A DNA stretch of 63,198 nucleotides. It comes from Burkholderiales bacterium (GTDB taxonomy: Bacteria > Pseudomonadota > Gammaproteobacteria > Burkholderiales > SHXO01). Shown one piece after another: positions 19,640-30,162 of the stretch; the stretch's first letter is position 1; each line of letters opens with the position of its first letter. The stretch is from contig DATBMG010000032.1 of NCBI GenBank assembly GCA_036554965.1, positions 1-63,198 of the forward strand, read 5' to 3'. A model generated the notes under the pieces. That model ran no database searches and was not told the origin of the DNA. It saw only the letters and a list, made by a program, of their open reading frames with translations. A program made the translations under genes and the position numbers.

Positions 19640-20106
19640 CAATGCGTGGTGGGCGCCGCCTCGCTCTGCGCAGGCTGCTGGCGCCGCTGCTGATACAACG
19701 CTTCGAAGTTCACCGGCGCGAGCAGGAACGGCGGAAAACCGCAGCGGCTGATCGCGTCGGACACCGTCTCGCGCGCATAGGGGAACAGGATGTTGGGGCA
19801 GGTGATGCCGAGCACCAGGTCCAGGCCCTCCTTGGGCAGGTTGCGGATCTGGAAGACGCCCGCCTGATGGGCTTCCACCAGGAACACTGTCTTGTCCTTC
19901 AGCGTGGCCGTGGTGGTGATGCTCAACGCCACCTCGTAGTGGGTGTCGTCCACCGGCTTGGCCTCGGTGCTGAGCTGCACGTCCACCCGCGGCGTGTCGC
20001 GCTCGAGGAACACCTGCGGAGCGTTGGGCACTTCCACCGACAGGTCCTTCACGTAGATCTTCTCGATGGTGAAGACCGGTTGCGGCTGCTGCTGCTCTTC
20101 GGCCAT
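19639..20106 (-). CDS. secB: Protein-export chaperone SecB
   Basis: 155 aa with FTIEKIYVKDLSVEVPNAP and CPNILFPYARE. Confidence 0.92.
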   Translation of the reverse strand: MAEEQQQPQPVFTIEKIYVKDLSVEVPNAPQVFLERDTPRVDVQLSTEAKPVDDTHYEVALSITTTATLKDKTVFLVEAHQAGVFQIRNLPKEGLDLVLGITCPNILFPYARETVSDAISRCGFPPFLLAPVNFEALYQQRRQQPAQSEAAPTTH

Positions 20107-20174
20107 GGTCGCCTCGCGGGGAAAATGCCGATTCTAGCAGGCTGTCGACCCAGCCGACCCGTGACGCCTGCGGA

Positions 20175-20612
20175 TCACCCGGTGTGCCGCTGCAGCCAGG
20201 CGCGCAGCCGCGCGGCATCGAGCGCGCCGGAAACACGGTCGACCTCGCGCCCGCCCTCGAACAACAGCAGCGTGGGGATGCTGCGGATCGCGTAGCGGTG
20301 TGCGATCTCGGCCTGCGCATCGGTGTCGAGCTTGGCCATGCGCAAACGCGTGCGCTGCTCGCGAGCGGCTTGGGCGAACACCGGCGCCATCGTCTTGCAC
20401 GGCGCGCACCACCCGGCCCAGAAATCCACCACCACCGGCAGGTCGTTGCGCGCGATGAAGCGCTCGAAGCTCTCGCCGGTCAGCTCGACGGGCGTGCCGT
20501 CCAGCAGAGCGTTCTTGCAGCGCCCGCAACTGGGCGCCTGTTGCATTCGTTCGCGGGGCACGCGGTTCACCGCGCCGCAGCTGCCGCAGACTACGTGGAT
20601 CACCGTGCTCAT
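20175..20612 (-). CDS. trxC: Thioredoxin 2 (TrxC) with an N-terminal zinc finger
   Basis: 145 aa with CGSCG...CGRC followed by WAGWCAPCK. Confidence 0.9.
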   Translation of the reverse strand: MSTVIHVVCGSCGAVNRVPRERMQQAPSCGRCKNALLDGTPVELTGESFERFIARNDLPVVVDFWAGWCAPCKTMAPVFAQAAREQRTRLRMAKLDTDAQAEIAHRYAIRSIPTLLLFEGGREVDRVSGALDAARLRAWLQRHTG

Positions 20613-20875
20613 GGTGCGTCCGAGGCGAGCAGTGCATCGAGCTTGCCCTCGCGCTCGAGGGCATACAGCTCGTCGCAGCCGCCGATGTGGTGCTCGCCGA
20701 TGTAGATCTGCGGCACGGTGCGCCGGCGCGTGCGCGCCACCATCTCGATACGCAGCTGCGGCTCGAGATCGACCCGGATCTTGTCGATCTGCGCACCCTT
20801 CCCCCGCAGCAGCCGCTCGGCCATCATGCAGTATGGGCACGAAGCCGTCATGTACATCGTCACCCGTGCCGTCAT
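20609..20875 (-). CDS. grxC: Glutaredoxin 3
   Basis: 88 aa with CPYC and TVPQIYIGEHHIGGCDE. Confidence 0.9.
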   Translation of the reverse strand: MTARVTMYMTASCPYCMMAERLLRGKGAQIDKIRVDLEPQLRIEMVARTRRRTVPQIYIGEHHIGGCDELYALEREGKLDALLASDAP

Positions 20876-20914
20876 TGCGCCTGATCCAAGTGCACCGGTT
20901 CTACCGACGGCGCT

Positions 20915-21337
20915 TCAGTCCTTCTTCACCGGCATGCCGGCCTGCTGCCAGGCGCCCATGCCTCCGCTCAGCGCATACACCTGCTCGAATCCCGCCTTTT
21001 GCAGGGCGCTGCAGGCAGGGGTGGAGCGGCTGCCGCTGGCGCAGGCGACCAGGATCGGCTTGCCCTTGAACTTTTCGAGGTCCTTGATGCGCACGTCCAG
21101 CTCGCCGGCCGGGACGTTGCGCGCGTTGGGAATGTGTCCGGCCTTGAACTCGCCGGGCTCGCGCACGTCCAGGATGACGGCGTCCTGCCGGTTGATCAGC
21201 TGTACCGCCTCGGCCACGCCGACTTCACGAGTGCGCGTCAGACGCTTGGCCACCGACGGCCAGAGGAACATGACGCCGCTCACTACCGCGGCCAGCACCA
21301 GCCAGATGTTGTCCTGCAGGAACTGCACTTTCTCCAT
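20915..21337 (-). CDS. Rhodanese-like sulfurtransferase with an N-terminal TM anchor
   Basis: Active-site loop CASGSRS. Start placed at MEKVQFLQDN. Confidence 0.8.
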   Translation of the reverse strand: MEKVQFLQDNIWLVLAAVVSGVMFLWPSVAKRLTRTREVGVAEAVQLINRQDAVILDVREPGEFKAGHIPNARNVPAGELDVRIKDLEKFKGKPILVACASGSRSTPACSALQKAGFEQVYALSGGMGAWQQAGMPVKKD

Positions 21338-21356
21338 ACCCGTGTTGAGCGAACCC

Positions 21357-23144
21357 CTATTGTGTCGCCGCCTGCGCATGCTCCAGCAGCGGCCTCAGCG
21401 CATCCACTCCGTCCTCCACCCGCCGGCGCAGCACGAGCGCCGCCGCCTCGCGCTCCCGGGGAAAGGATGCCACCGCGCGGTCCCACTGCCGGCGCGCACC
21501 AGGCTCGTCGCCGGCCAGGGCCAGCAGCATCGCCTGGCGGTAGACCACGTCGTCGATCGGGAACCCCCGCATGGCGGCCCTATTCACCGCCAGCTTGTCG
21601 CGCAAACCCTCCGCGCTCACAGGGATGCCGCGCGCCAAACCCAGGTCGACCCACGGCGCCAACAGCGAGCTGCGGGGAATCTGCAGCAGCACCTCCCTCG
21701 CCTGCCGGTTCATCTCCGCGGTCGCGTGCAGATACTTGTAGCGCAGTGTTGCGAAGTTCTCCATGTACACGTAATCCCGAAACACCTGGCCGAGGCTCAC
21801 CCATCCCAGCACCAGCATGGCGGCCAGCGCCAGCCGGGTGCGCCGCGAACGGCGCTCGGCGGCCGGCAATTCTAGCGCGCGCGCCTCGCCCAGACCAAGG
21901 ACCAGCGCGGCGGGCCCGAGGAAGAAGGCATACCAGAGCGGGTACTCGAGCAGGCTGTGAATCGCCAGCACGGAAGCGATGCCGCACAGCCACCACAACT
22001 GCGCCGTGCGCGCCTGGCGCAGCAGGCCCGCGCCCCACAGCAGCGTACCGGCCAACAGCAGGGCCAGGCCGACCAGGCCGAACTCGGCCATGACGTTTAG
22101 CACCAGATTGTGCGCGTGGTCCGTGAACCCGATGACCCGCGGCGGCGGCAAGTCGGCGTTCAGGAGGAAGTTCTCCAAGCCGTACTGCCTGTACCCCTGC
22201 CCGAGCACGGGTGCGTCCAGGAACAGCAGCCAGGCGGTCTGCCACAGCCGCAGCCGTATCCCGAGGGGTCGCATCTCGGCGCGCTGCAGGGACATGAACT
22301 CCCCGAACAGATCCATCAGCGCCGGCAACACCAGGAATGTCGCCATGCCGGCGAGCGCGGCAACCAGCAGCCGGCGGTGCTCCCGGCTGCGCTCGGCGGC
22401 GAAGAACGCGGCAGCGAGCGCCACCAGGGTGCCCAGGTACAACCAAGGCGTGCGCGAGTCGGTGAGCGCCAGCACGTAGAGCGCCAACGACCCGGCGATG
22501 AGCGCGTACGCCAGTCGCAGCCGGTCGGTGGCGTAGAGGTAGGCAGCCGAGACCAGACCGAGGCTGAGGTAGTCGGCCAAGTGGTTGGGCTGCGCCAGGT
22601 TGCCCCACGCCCTTTCCTTGGACGCGACCACCATGAAGCGGCCGAGGAAGGCGTAGCTTCCCAGGTGCTGCGCCAGGCCGATGATCGAGCTGGCGACGGC
22701 GCCTGCGAACAGGGACCAGGCGAGGACGGCGACGGTGCGCTCCAGCCCCAGTTCCCTTCTGAGCAGCGCCGCCAGCACGCTCAGGCCCGCTGCCCACAGC
22801 AGGTAGAGCGCCGCCAGCAGCGCCTGCTGACGGTAGGCGGGCATGCCGAGCAGGATCTGCAGCAGCAGCAATGCGACGAAGCCGAGGATCAGCCCCAGTA
22901 CCCGCGGCAGGGGCAACCGCCCGGCAAACGGTAGAAGCGCCGTGAGCGCCAGCAGTCCCAGGGCGACGGCGGCAGCCTCGCTGTGGAAGCTGGGAATCGG
23001 CGGGGTCTTGCGCGCAACGTGGAACGGCACGAACAGCATCGCCGCCAGCGCCAGCGCCCCGGCAAACAGCAGTGCGCGCGGCGTGGTCACCCGCCGCCAG
23101 AGCGCGGCCGCGCCCGGCGGAGAAGGCGCGCGATCGGACGCTGT
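21357..23144 (-). CDS. Wzy_C / PglL-type O-antigen ligase-like membrane protein (candidate O-oligosaccharyltransferase)
   Basis: Polytopic protein with the Wzy_C motif HAHNLVLNVMAEFGLVG, then LEYPLWYAFFLGP and a soluble TPR-like C-terminal domain. Start uncertain: GTG 23144, or ATG further upstream at 23276. Confidence 0.7.
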   Translation of the reverse strand, partial: TASDRAPSPPGAAALWRRVTTPRALLFAGALALAAMLFVPFHVARKTPPIPSFHSEAAAVALGLLALTALLPFAGRLPLPRVLGLILGFVALLLLQILLGMPAYRQQALLAALYLLWAAGLSVLAALLRRELGLERTVAVLAWSLFAGAVASSIIGLAQHLGSYAFLGRFMVVASKERAWGNLAQPNHLADYLSLGLVSAAYLYATDRLRLAYALIAGSLALYVLALTDSRTPWLYLGTLVALAAAFFAAERSREHRRLLVAALAGMATFLVLPALMDLFGEFMSLQRAEMRPLGIRLRLWQTAWLLFLDAPVLGQGYRQYGLENFLLNADLPPPRVIGFTDHAHNLVLNVMAEFGLVGLALLLAGTLLWGAGLLRQARTAQLWWLCGIASVLAIHSLLEYPLWYAFFLGPAALVLGLGEARALELPAAERRSRRTRLALAAMLVLGWVSLGQVFRDYVYMENFATLRYKYLHATAEMNRQAREVLLQIPRSSLLAPWVDLGLARGIPVSAEGLRDKLAVNRAAMRGFPIDDVVYRQAMLLALAGDEPGARRQWDRAVASFPREREAAALVLRRRVEDGVDALRPLLEHAQAATQ

Positions 23145-23314
23145 CACGGGTGAGCCAAGTGCACGAGCGCAGGCGTGGCGAGAACACGCGCGCGAGCAAG
23201 GTTGGTGCCACGCGCGCGATGCGCCGGCCGGTATGGCGGCCCAATGCGCTGCGGGGCTGCCTTTGTTGGTCCGCAAGAGGCGGCTAGAATAGGGTATTGG
23301 TGCCGGAAAAACCC

Positions 23315-24064
23315 ATGCACAAGCTCGTATTGCTCCGCCACGGCGAGAGCATCTGGAACCGCGAAAACCGCTTCACCGGTTGGACCGACGTCGATCTGTC
23401 CGAGCGCGGGCGGGACGAGGCGCGCGAGGCCGGACAAGTGCTGAAGGATGCGGGCTTCGCCTTCGACCTGGCCTTCACCTCGGTGCTCAAGCGCGCCATC
23501 CGTACCCTGTGGATCGCACTCGACGAAATGGACTTGATGTGGGTTCCGGTGCGCAACTCCTGGCGGCTCAACGAGCGCCATTACGGTGCGCTGCAGGGCC
23601 TGAACAAGGCGGAGACGGCGGCCCAATTCGGCGAGCAGCAGGTCAAGATCTGGCGGCGCAGCTACGACATCCCGCCGCCCGCGCTGGAGGCATCGGACCC
23701 GCGCCATGCCGGCAACGACCCGCGCTACCGCGGGCTTTCCGCGGGTGAGCTGCCGCTGACCGAGTGCCTGAAGGACACGGTCGCACGCTTCCTGCCGCTG
23801 TGGAACAGCGCCATCGCGCCGGAGGTCGCGGGCGGCAAGCGCGTGCTCATCGCCGCTCACGGCAACTCGCTGCGCGCGCTGGTGAAGTACCTGGACGGCG
23901 TCTCCGATCAGGACATCGTCGAGCTCAACATCCCGACCGGCATCCCGCTGGTGTACGAGCTCGACGTCGACTTGCGGCCGCTGCGCCATTACTACCTCGG
24001 CGACCCGAGCCGCGTCGCGGCCGCGGTCAGCGCCGTGGCCGCGCAAGGCAAGGCGGCCGCCTAG
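23315..24064 (+). CDS. gpmA: 2,3-bisphosphoglycerate-dependent phosphoglycerate mutase
   Basis: [23 protein letters not shown] and [10 protein letters not shown]. Confidence 0.93.
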   Translation: MHKLVLLRHGESIWNRENRFTGWTDVDLSERGRDEAREAGQVLKDAGFAFDLAFTSVLKRAIRTLWIALDEMDLMWVPVRNSWRLNERHYGALQGLNKAETAAQFGEQQVKIWRRSYDIPPPALEASDPRHAGNDPRYRGLSAGELPLTECLKDTVARFLPLWNSAIAPEVAGGKRVLIAAHGNSLRALVKYLDGVSDQDIVELNIPTGIPLVYELDVDLRPLRHYYLGDPSRVAAAVSAVAAQGKAAA

Positions 24065-24076
24065 CGCCGTTCCGAC

Positions 24077-25330
24077 TTGTCGCTCCGAACACGCGATCGC
24101 CCGCGCTTGTCGTCGATGCAAGTTGGCATGGCACCAGGCGCCTGCCTCCGCGGACCGCGGACGGCTCGCCCGCACCTGGCCGCCGCGCTGGCCGCCGCCC
24201 TGCTCGCCGCGCCCCTGGCTGCGCCGGCCGCCGGTCCGGCCGACGAGTTGAAGGAGCTGCGCGGGCGCATCGATCGCCTGCAGAAGGAGCTGGGCGAAAC
24301 CCAGGCCTCGCGCATCCGCGCGGTGGACGCGCTGCGCGAATCGGAGCAAGCGATCAGCGAAGCCAACCGCCGTCTGTTCGAGCTGGCGCGCGAGCAAGCG
24401 CGTGCGCGCGAATCGCTGGAGCAACTCAACGCGGAGAAGGACCGGCTCACTACGGGCGTCGAGGAGCAGCAGCGCGACCTGAGCGAAGCCCTGTACCGGC
24501 AGTACCTGCAGGGGCGGCCGGCGCCGCTCGCCGTGCTGCTGGAGCGTCAGGACCCGAATCAGCTGTCGCGGCGCATGCACTATCTGACTTACATCTACCG
24601 CAGCCGTGCCGAGCAGATCGAGCGGCTGCGCGAGGACATCGCGCGGCTCGAGGCGCTGTCTCAGGAGACCGAGAGCAGGAATCAGGCGCTGGAGGAGCTC
24701 AAGGCCGAGCAGCAGGCGCAGCGCCGGCGTCTGCAGCAGGAGAAGGCCGAGCGGCGGGAGGTGCTGGCGAAGATGTCGCAGTCGATTCAGCTGCAGCGCC
24801 GGGAGATCGGCAACCTGCGCCGCGACCAGGAGCAACTGCGCAAGCTGGTGGAGCGCCTGGAGCGGGAGGCGGCAGAGCGTCGCGCCGCGCAGAAGAAAAA
24901 GGATACGCGCGAGGATGCGGTGGGCGACAACACGGCCTTCGGCCGGCTCAAGGGGCGCTTGCGCATGCCGGTGCGCGGCGAGCTCGCCCATCGTTTCGGC
25001 TCCCCGCGCCAGGAGACGGGCCTGACCTGGAACGGCCTGTTCATCGCCGCTCGGACCGGCAGCGAGGTCAGCGCGATCGCACCCGGGCGCGTGGTCTTCG
25101 CCGACTGGCTGCGCGGGTTCGGCAACCTGTTGATTCTGGACCACGGCGAAGGTTACATGAGCCTCTATGGCAATAATGAAACATTGTTGCGGCGCGTCGG
25201 AGACGAGGTGGATGGCGGCGCGACGGTGGCGGCGGTGGGCGCGAGCGGCGGCAACCCGGAAACGGGTTTATACTTTGAAATCAGGTTTCGTGGCCGTCCG
25301 GTCGACCCCTTGAGCTGGGTCAAACGATAA
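24077..25330 (+). CDS. envC: Murein hydrolase activator EnvC-like protein (coiled coil plus degenerate LytM/M23 domain)
   Basis: Signal peptide, a long coiled-coil region and a C-terminal M23 fold (GNLLILDHGEGYMSLYG). Start may be the internal MQVGM. Confidence 0.8.
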   Translation: MSLRTRDRPRLSSMQVGMAPGACLRGPRTARPHLAAALAAALLAAPLAAPAAGPADELKELRGRIDRLQKELGETQASRIRAVDALRESEQAISEANRRLFELAREQARARESLEQLNAEKDRLTTGVEEQQRDLSEALYRQYLQGRPAPLAVLLERQDPNQLSRRMHYLTYIYRSRAEQIERLREDIARLEALSQETESRNQALEELKAEQQAQRRRLQQEKAERREVLAKMSQSIQLQRREIGNLRRDQEQLRKLVERLEREAAERRAAQKKKDTREDAVGDNTAFGRLKGRLRMPVRGELAHRFGSPRQETGLTWNGLFIAARTGSEVSAIAPGRVVFADWLRGFGNLLILDHGEGYMSLYGNNETLLRRVGDEVDGGATVAAVGASGGNPETGLYFEIRFRGRPVDPLSWVKR

Positions 25331-25429
25331 CAAATCCGCAGTTCGGGCCGTAAATAGCATGAAGATTGCCTGGCGTGCACCAACCCGCAGCAGCAGGACG
25401 GCAGAACACACCACTCAAAAGGTAACGCT

Positions 25430-26845
25430 ATGCGCACAAGAGTAAAGCAGGCCGCGCTCATCGCCCTCGGGGCGGTGCTCGGCGTGCTCATCAGCCTGAA
25501 CTTCTCGGCCGTCGCCCAGAAGAACCCCGGTCCGCTGCCGGTCGAGGACCTGCGTGCCTTCACCGAGGTGTTCGGACGCATCAAGAACGACTACGTCGAG
25601 CCGGTGGACGACAAGAAGCTGATCACCGAAGCCATCAACGGCATGCTTACCGGCCTCGATCCGCACTCCGCGTACCTGGATGCGGAAGCGTTTCGCGAGC
25701 TGCAGGTCGGCACCCAGGGCGAGTTCGGTGGCCTGGGCATCGAAGTCGGCATGGAAGACGGCTTCGTCAAGGTGATCTCGCCGATCGAGGACACGCCGGC
25801 CTACCGCGCCGGCCTTAAGCCCGGCGACCTGATCATCAAGCTCGACGAGACCAACGTGAAGGGCATGACGCTCAACGATGCGGTCAAGCGCATGCGCGGC
25901 AAACCCAACACGGATATCACGCTGACCGTGATCCGCAAGGGCGACACCAAGCCGCGCGTGATCACGCTCACCCGGGCGATCATCCAGATCCAGAGCGTGA
26001 AGTCGAAGGTGCTCGAGCCCGGCTACGCTTACGTGCGCGTCACTCAGTTCCAGGAGCACACGCCCGAGAAGATGGCCGCGGCGGTGGACAAGATGTTCAA
26101 GGACAACCAGGGTCCGATGAAGGGCCTGGTGCTCGACCTACGCAACGACCCCGGCGGGCTGCTCAACGCGGCGGTAGCGATCTCGGCGGCTTTCCTGCCG
26201 CAGAACGCGCTGGTGGTGTACACCGACGGCCGCACCGAAGATTCGAAGATGCGCCTGTACGCGAGCGGCGAGTACTACCTGCGCGGTAGCCGCGACGACT
26301 TCATGAAGAAGCTGCCCCCGGCGGTGAAGAGCGTGCCGATGGTGGTGCTGGTCAACGGCGGCTCGGCCTCGGCGTCCGAGATCGTGGCCGGCGCGCTGCA
26401 GGACCACAAGCGCGCCATCATCATGGGCACGCAGACCTTCGGCAAGGGCTCGGTGCAGACCATCCTGCCGCTGGGCAACAACACCGCGATCAAGCTCACC
26501 ACGGCGCGCTACTACACCCCCAACGGCCGGTCGATTCAGGCGAAGGGCATCACTCCCGACATCGTGGTCGAGGAAGCCACCATCGCCGAATCGGATGCGG
26601 CGCTGCGCATGCGCGAAGCCGACCTCGAGCGCCACCTGTCCAATCCGACCGAGCCGGACGAGGACAAGCCGGCCGCGCCCGCTGCGAAGCCGGAGCCGGG
26701 TGCTCAGCAACAACAACAGCAGCAGCAGCAGCAACAACAGGCGGCGCCCAAGGGCGAGCCGGCCGAGATCGGCTCCAAGGGCGACTACCAACTCAACCAG
26801 GCGCTGAATCTGCTGAAGGGCCTGCAGATCATCAGCCGCAAGTAG
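25430..26845 (+). CDS. ctpA: Carboxy-terminal processing protease (S41 family) with a C-terminal low-complexity tail
   Basis: 471 aa with a PDZ domain, S41 motifs (LDLRNDPGG, GGSASASEIVAGALQD, GKGSVQT) and a Q12 tract near the C-terminus. Confidence 0.9.
   Translation: MRTRVKQAALIALGAVLGVLISLNFSAVAQKNPGPLPVEDLRAFTEVFGRIKNDYVEPVDDKKLITEAINGMLTGLDPHSAYLDAEAFRELQVGTQGEFGGLGIEVGMEDGFVKVISPIEDTPAYRAGLKPGDLIIKLDETNVKGMTLNDAVKRMRGKPNTDITLTVIRKGDTKPRVITLTRAIIQIQSVKSKVLEPGYAYVRVTQFQEHTPEKMAAAVDKMFKDNQGPMKGLVLDLRNDPGGLLNAAVAISAAFLPQNALVVYTDGRTEDSKMRLYASGEYYLRGSRDDFMKKLPPAVKSVPMVVLVNGGSASASEIVAGALQDHKRAIIMGTQTFGKGSVQTILPLGNNTAIKLTTARYYTPNGRSIQAKGITPDIVVEEATIAESDAALRMREADLERHLSNPTEPDEDKPAAPAAKPEPGAQQQQQQQQQQQQAAPKGEPAEIGSKGDYQLNQALNLLKGLQIISRK
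26705..26740 (+). repeat. CAG/CAA trinucleotide tract encoding Q12 inside ctpA
   Basis: cagcaacaacaacagcagcagcagcagcaacaacag, in frame with ctpA. Confidence 0.95.
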
Positions 26846-26868
26846 CCCCGGGCAACCGCTCCGTGACA

Positions 26869-26899
26869 CCGGCAGGCCTCGTGCCTGCCGGTTTCTTTT
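26869..26899 (+). terminator. Rho-independent terminator after ctpA
   Basis: Stem ccggcagg / cctgccgg with a 7-nt loop, then tttctttt. Two more copies of ggcgcctgccgg flanking a T8 run follow, to 26933. Confidence 0.75.
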
Positions 26900-26986
26900 G
26901 GGGCGCCTGCCGGTTTTTTTTCGGCGCCTGCCGGGCTTTCCTTTCAGCACCGGCCGCGGGGGTAGAATGCCCGCGGGAGCACCCAC

Positions 26987-27766
26987 ATGAACGCACCCCG
27001 CCCCGAGATCGACCTCGACGACGAGCAGCTGCTGCGCTACAGCCGCCATATTCTTCTGCCCGAGATCGGCATCGACGGGCAGCAGCGGCTGGCGGCCGCG
27101 CACGCGCTTGTTGTCGGCGCCGGCGGGCTGGGCTCGCCGGTGTCGCTGTACCTCGCCGCCAGCGGCGTGGGGCGCCTCACCGTGTGCGACCACGACAAGG
27201 TCGATTTGACCAATCTGCAGCGCCAGATCGCACACGACACCGGAACCATCGGCCTCCCCAAAGTCGAGTCCGCGCGCCGCCGGCTGCAGCTCGTCAACCC
27301 GCAGACCCGCGTCGACGCGATCGAGGAACGGGTGGCCGGTGAGCGCCTGAAGCAGCTGGTGAGCGACGCCGACGTGGTGATCGACGCCACCGACAACTTC
27401 GCCACGCGCCATGCCATCAACCGCGCCTGCGTCGAGTTGCGCAAGCCGCTGGTGTCGGGCGCGGGCATCCGCTTCGACGGGCAGATCGCGGTGTTCGACC
27501 TGCGCCGCGCGGACAGCCCCTGCTACCACTGCCTGTTTCCCGAGCAGGGCGAGGTCGAGGAAATGCGCTGCGCGGTGATGGGCGTGTTCGCACCGCTGGT
27601 GGGTATCGTCGGATCGGTGCAGGCCGCCGAAGCACTCAAGCTGATCATGGGCATCGGCGAGACCCTGAGCGGCCGGCTGCTCCTGCTCGACGCGCTGGCG
27701 ATGCAGTGGCGTAGCATCCGGCTCACCCGCGATGCGTCCTGCGCGGTGTGCTCCGCGCGGCCCTGA
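26987..27766 (+). CDS. moeB: ThiF/MoeB family adenylyltransferase (molybdopterin-synthase adenylyltransferase-like)
   Basis: 259 aa with RYSRHILLPEIG, VVGAGGLGS, and CxxC pairs (CYHC, CAVC). Confidence 0.85.
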   Translation: MNAPRPEIDLDDEQLLRYSRHILLPEIGIDGQQRLAAAHALVVGAGGLGSPVSLYLAASGVGRLTVCDHDKVDLTNLQRQIAHDTGTIGLPKVESARRRLQLVNPQTRVDAIEERVAGERLKQLVSDADVVIDATDNFATRHAINRACVELRKPLVSGAGIRFDGQIAVFDLRRADSPCYHCLFPEQGEVEEMRCAVMGVFAPLVGIVGSVQAAEALKLIMGIGETLSGRLLLLDALAMQWRSIRLTRDASCAVCSARP

Positions 27767-27820
27767 CGGCCTCCCGACGCCGGGCGCGCCGACGCTGTTG
27801 CGATCGCGGGCGCTGCGCGC

Positions 27821-28402
27821 TCAGGCCGGGACCAGCTGCTTCCACTGCGCCGGCCAGGCCTCGAGCGGGTCGCGCTTGAAGCCGCTCTTGGCGAACTGGT
27901 GCCAGCGGCCGATCACGAAGCACAGCATGAGATTGGCATGCGCCGCCGCGTCCACCGCTTCCGGGACCTCGCCCTGGGTGGCGGCAAAGCGCAAGCATTG
28001 CTTGAGAGTGGCCTCGAGCCGGTCGTGCAGCTGGTTGATGCGCGCCTGCAGGCGCTCGTTCTCGTTCACCAGCGCGTCGCCGATCAGCACCCGCGTCATA
28101 CCGCGGTTCTTGCGCGCGAATCCCAGCAGCATAGACAGCACCGCTTCGAGCTGCGCCAGGCCGCCCTGCTGCTCGGCGGTGATCTTGTTCACCAGCCCGA
28201 AGATGGTTTCCTCGATGAAGCCGATCAGGCCCTCGAACATCTGCGCCTTGCTGGCGAAGTGGCGGTACAGCGCCGCCTCGGAGACGTCGAGCTTGGCGGC
28301 GAGCGCCGCCGTAGTGATGCGCTCGGCGCTGGGCGTCTCGAGCATCTCCGCCAGCGTCTGCAGGATCTGCAGCTTGCGCTCGCCGGGCTTGGTCGCGGGC
28401 AT
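27821..28402 (-). CDS. slmA: TetR-family nucleoid occlusion factor SlmA
   Basis: 193 aa with KPGERKLQILQTLAEMLE and TTAALAAKLDVSEAALYRHFASKAQMFEGLIGFIEE. Start at MPATKPG. Confidence 0.85.
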   Translation of the reverse strand: MPATKPGERKLQILQTLAEMLETPSAERITTAALAAKLDVSEAALYRHFASKAQMFEGLIGFIEETIFGLVNKITAEQQGGLAQLEAVLSMLLGFARKNRGMTRVLIGDALVNENERLQARINQLHDRLEATLKQCLRFAATQGEVPEAVDAAAHANLMLCFVIGRWHQFAKSGFKRDPLEAWPAQWKQLVPA

Positions 28403-28407
28403 GGCCT

Positions 28408-29075
28408 CTAGCGCAGGTGGCGCAGCATGCGGGGCAGCTGCGCAAGATTGGAGACGGTCACGTCCACGTGTGCGCGCAAGCGGCCGCTCGGCTGCACCCA
28501 TACCGTTCTCATACCCAGCCGCTTGGCCGCCATCAGGTTCGCCAGGTCGTCCTCCACCATGACGCAGCGCTGCGGATGCAGGCGGTGCTTGCGCAGCAGG
28601 CGCAGGAAGCCCGCCGGGTCCGGCTTGGGCCGGAAGCCGGTGTGCTCGATGGTGAACACGTCGTCGAACAGATCCGCCACCCTGAGAAGCTCCAACACCG
28701 CCCGGGAATAATGCACCGGAGCGTTCGAAAACACCAGCTTGCGCCCGGGCAGCCGCGTCAGCACCGAGCGCAGCAGCGGATTGCGCAGCACCGCGCGCTC
28801 CAGCTCGGCGAACCGATGCGTCTCCCGCAGGAAGTGCCGCGGGTCGACCCCGTGGTGGCGCATCAGTCCCAGCAGGGTGGCCCCATAGCGCCGCCAGTAG
28901 TCTACCCGCAATGCATTCGCGGCTTGCGCGTCGAGCCCCAGGTAGCGCTCCAGGTAGGCGGTCATGGAGCGGTTCAGGTGCGGGAAGATGTGCGGGTTGG
29001 CGTCGTGCAGCGTGTTATCCAGATCGAATATCCACACCGTGCCCACACCGTGGTGCGGCCGGGGGCGCCGGCTCA

Positions 29076-29076
<1 letters not shown>
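28408..29076 (-). CDS. HAD-family pyrimidine 5'-nucleotidase
   Basis: 222 aa with the FDLDNTLH (DxDxT) motif. Sits in the conserved argB to nucleotidase to slmA order. Confidence 0.8.
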
Positions 29077-30101
<1,025 letters not shown>

Positions 30102-30114
30102 TCATCACAAAGCA

Positions 30115-30140
30115 ACAGGCGGCCGCAAAGGGCCGCCTGT
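30115..30140 (-). terminator. GC-rich hairpin downstream of hsp20
   Basis: Stem acaggcggcc / ggccgcctgt with a 6-nt loop, 23 nt after the hsp20 stop. The following U-tract is weak. Confidence 0.5.
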
Positions 30141-30162
30141 CGCACGCGGGAAATGCTGAGCT

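Noticed and set aside
26869-26940. Short direct repeats considered as a possible mini CRISPR or REP array.
   Set aside because: Only three 8-12-nt copies with T-runs between them. The structure is explained by tandem terminator hairpins, there are no spacers of CRISPR size, and there are no cas genes.
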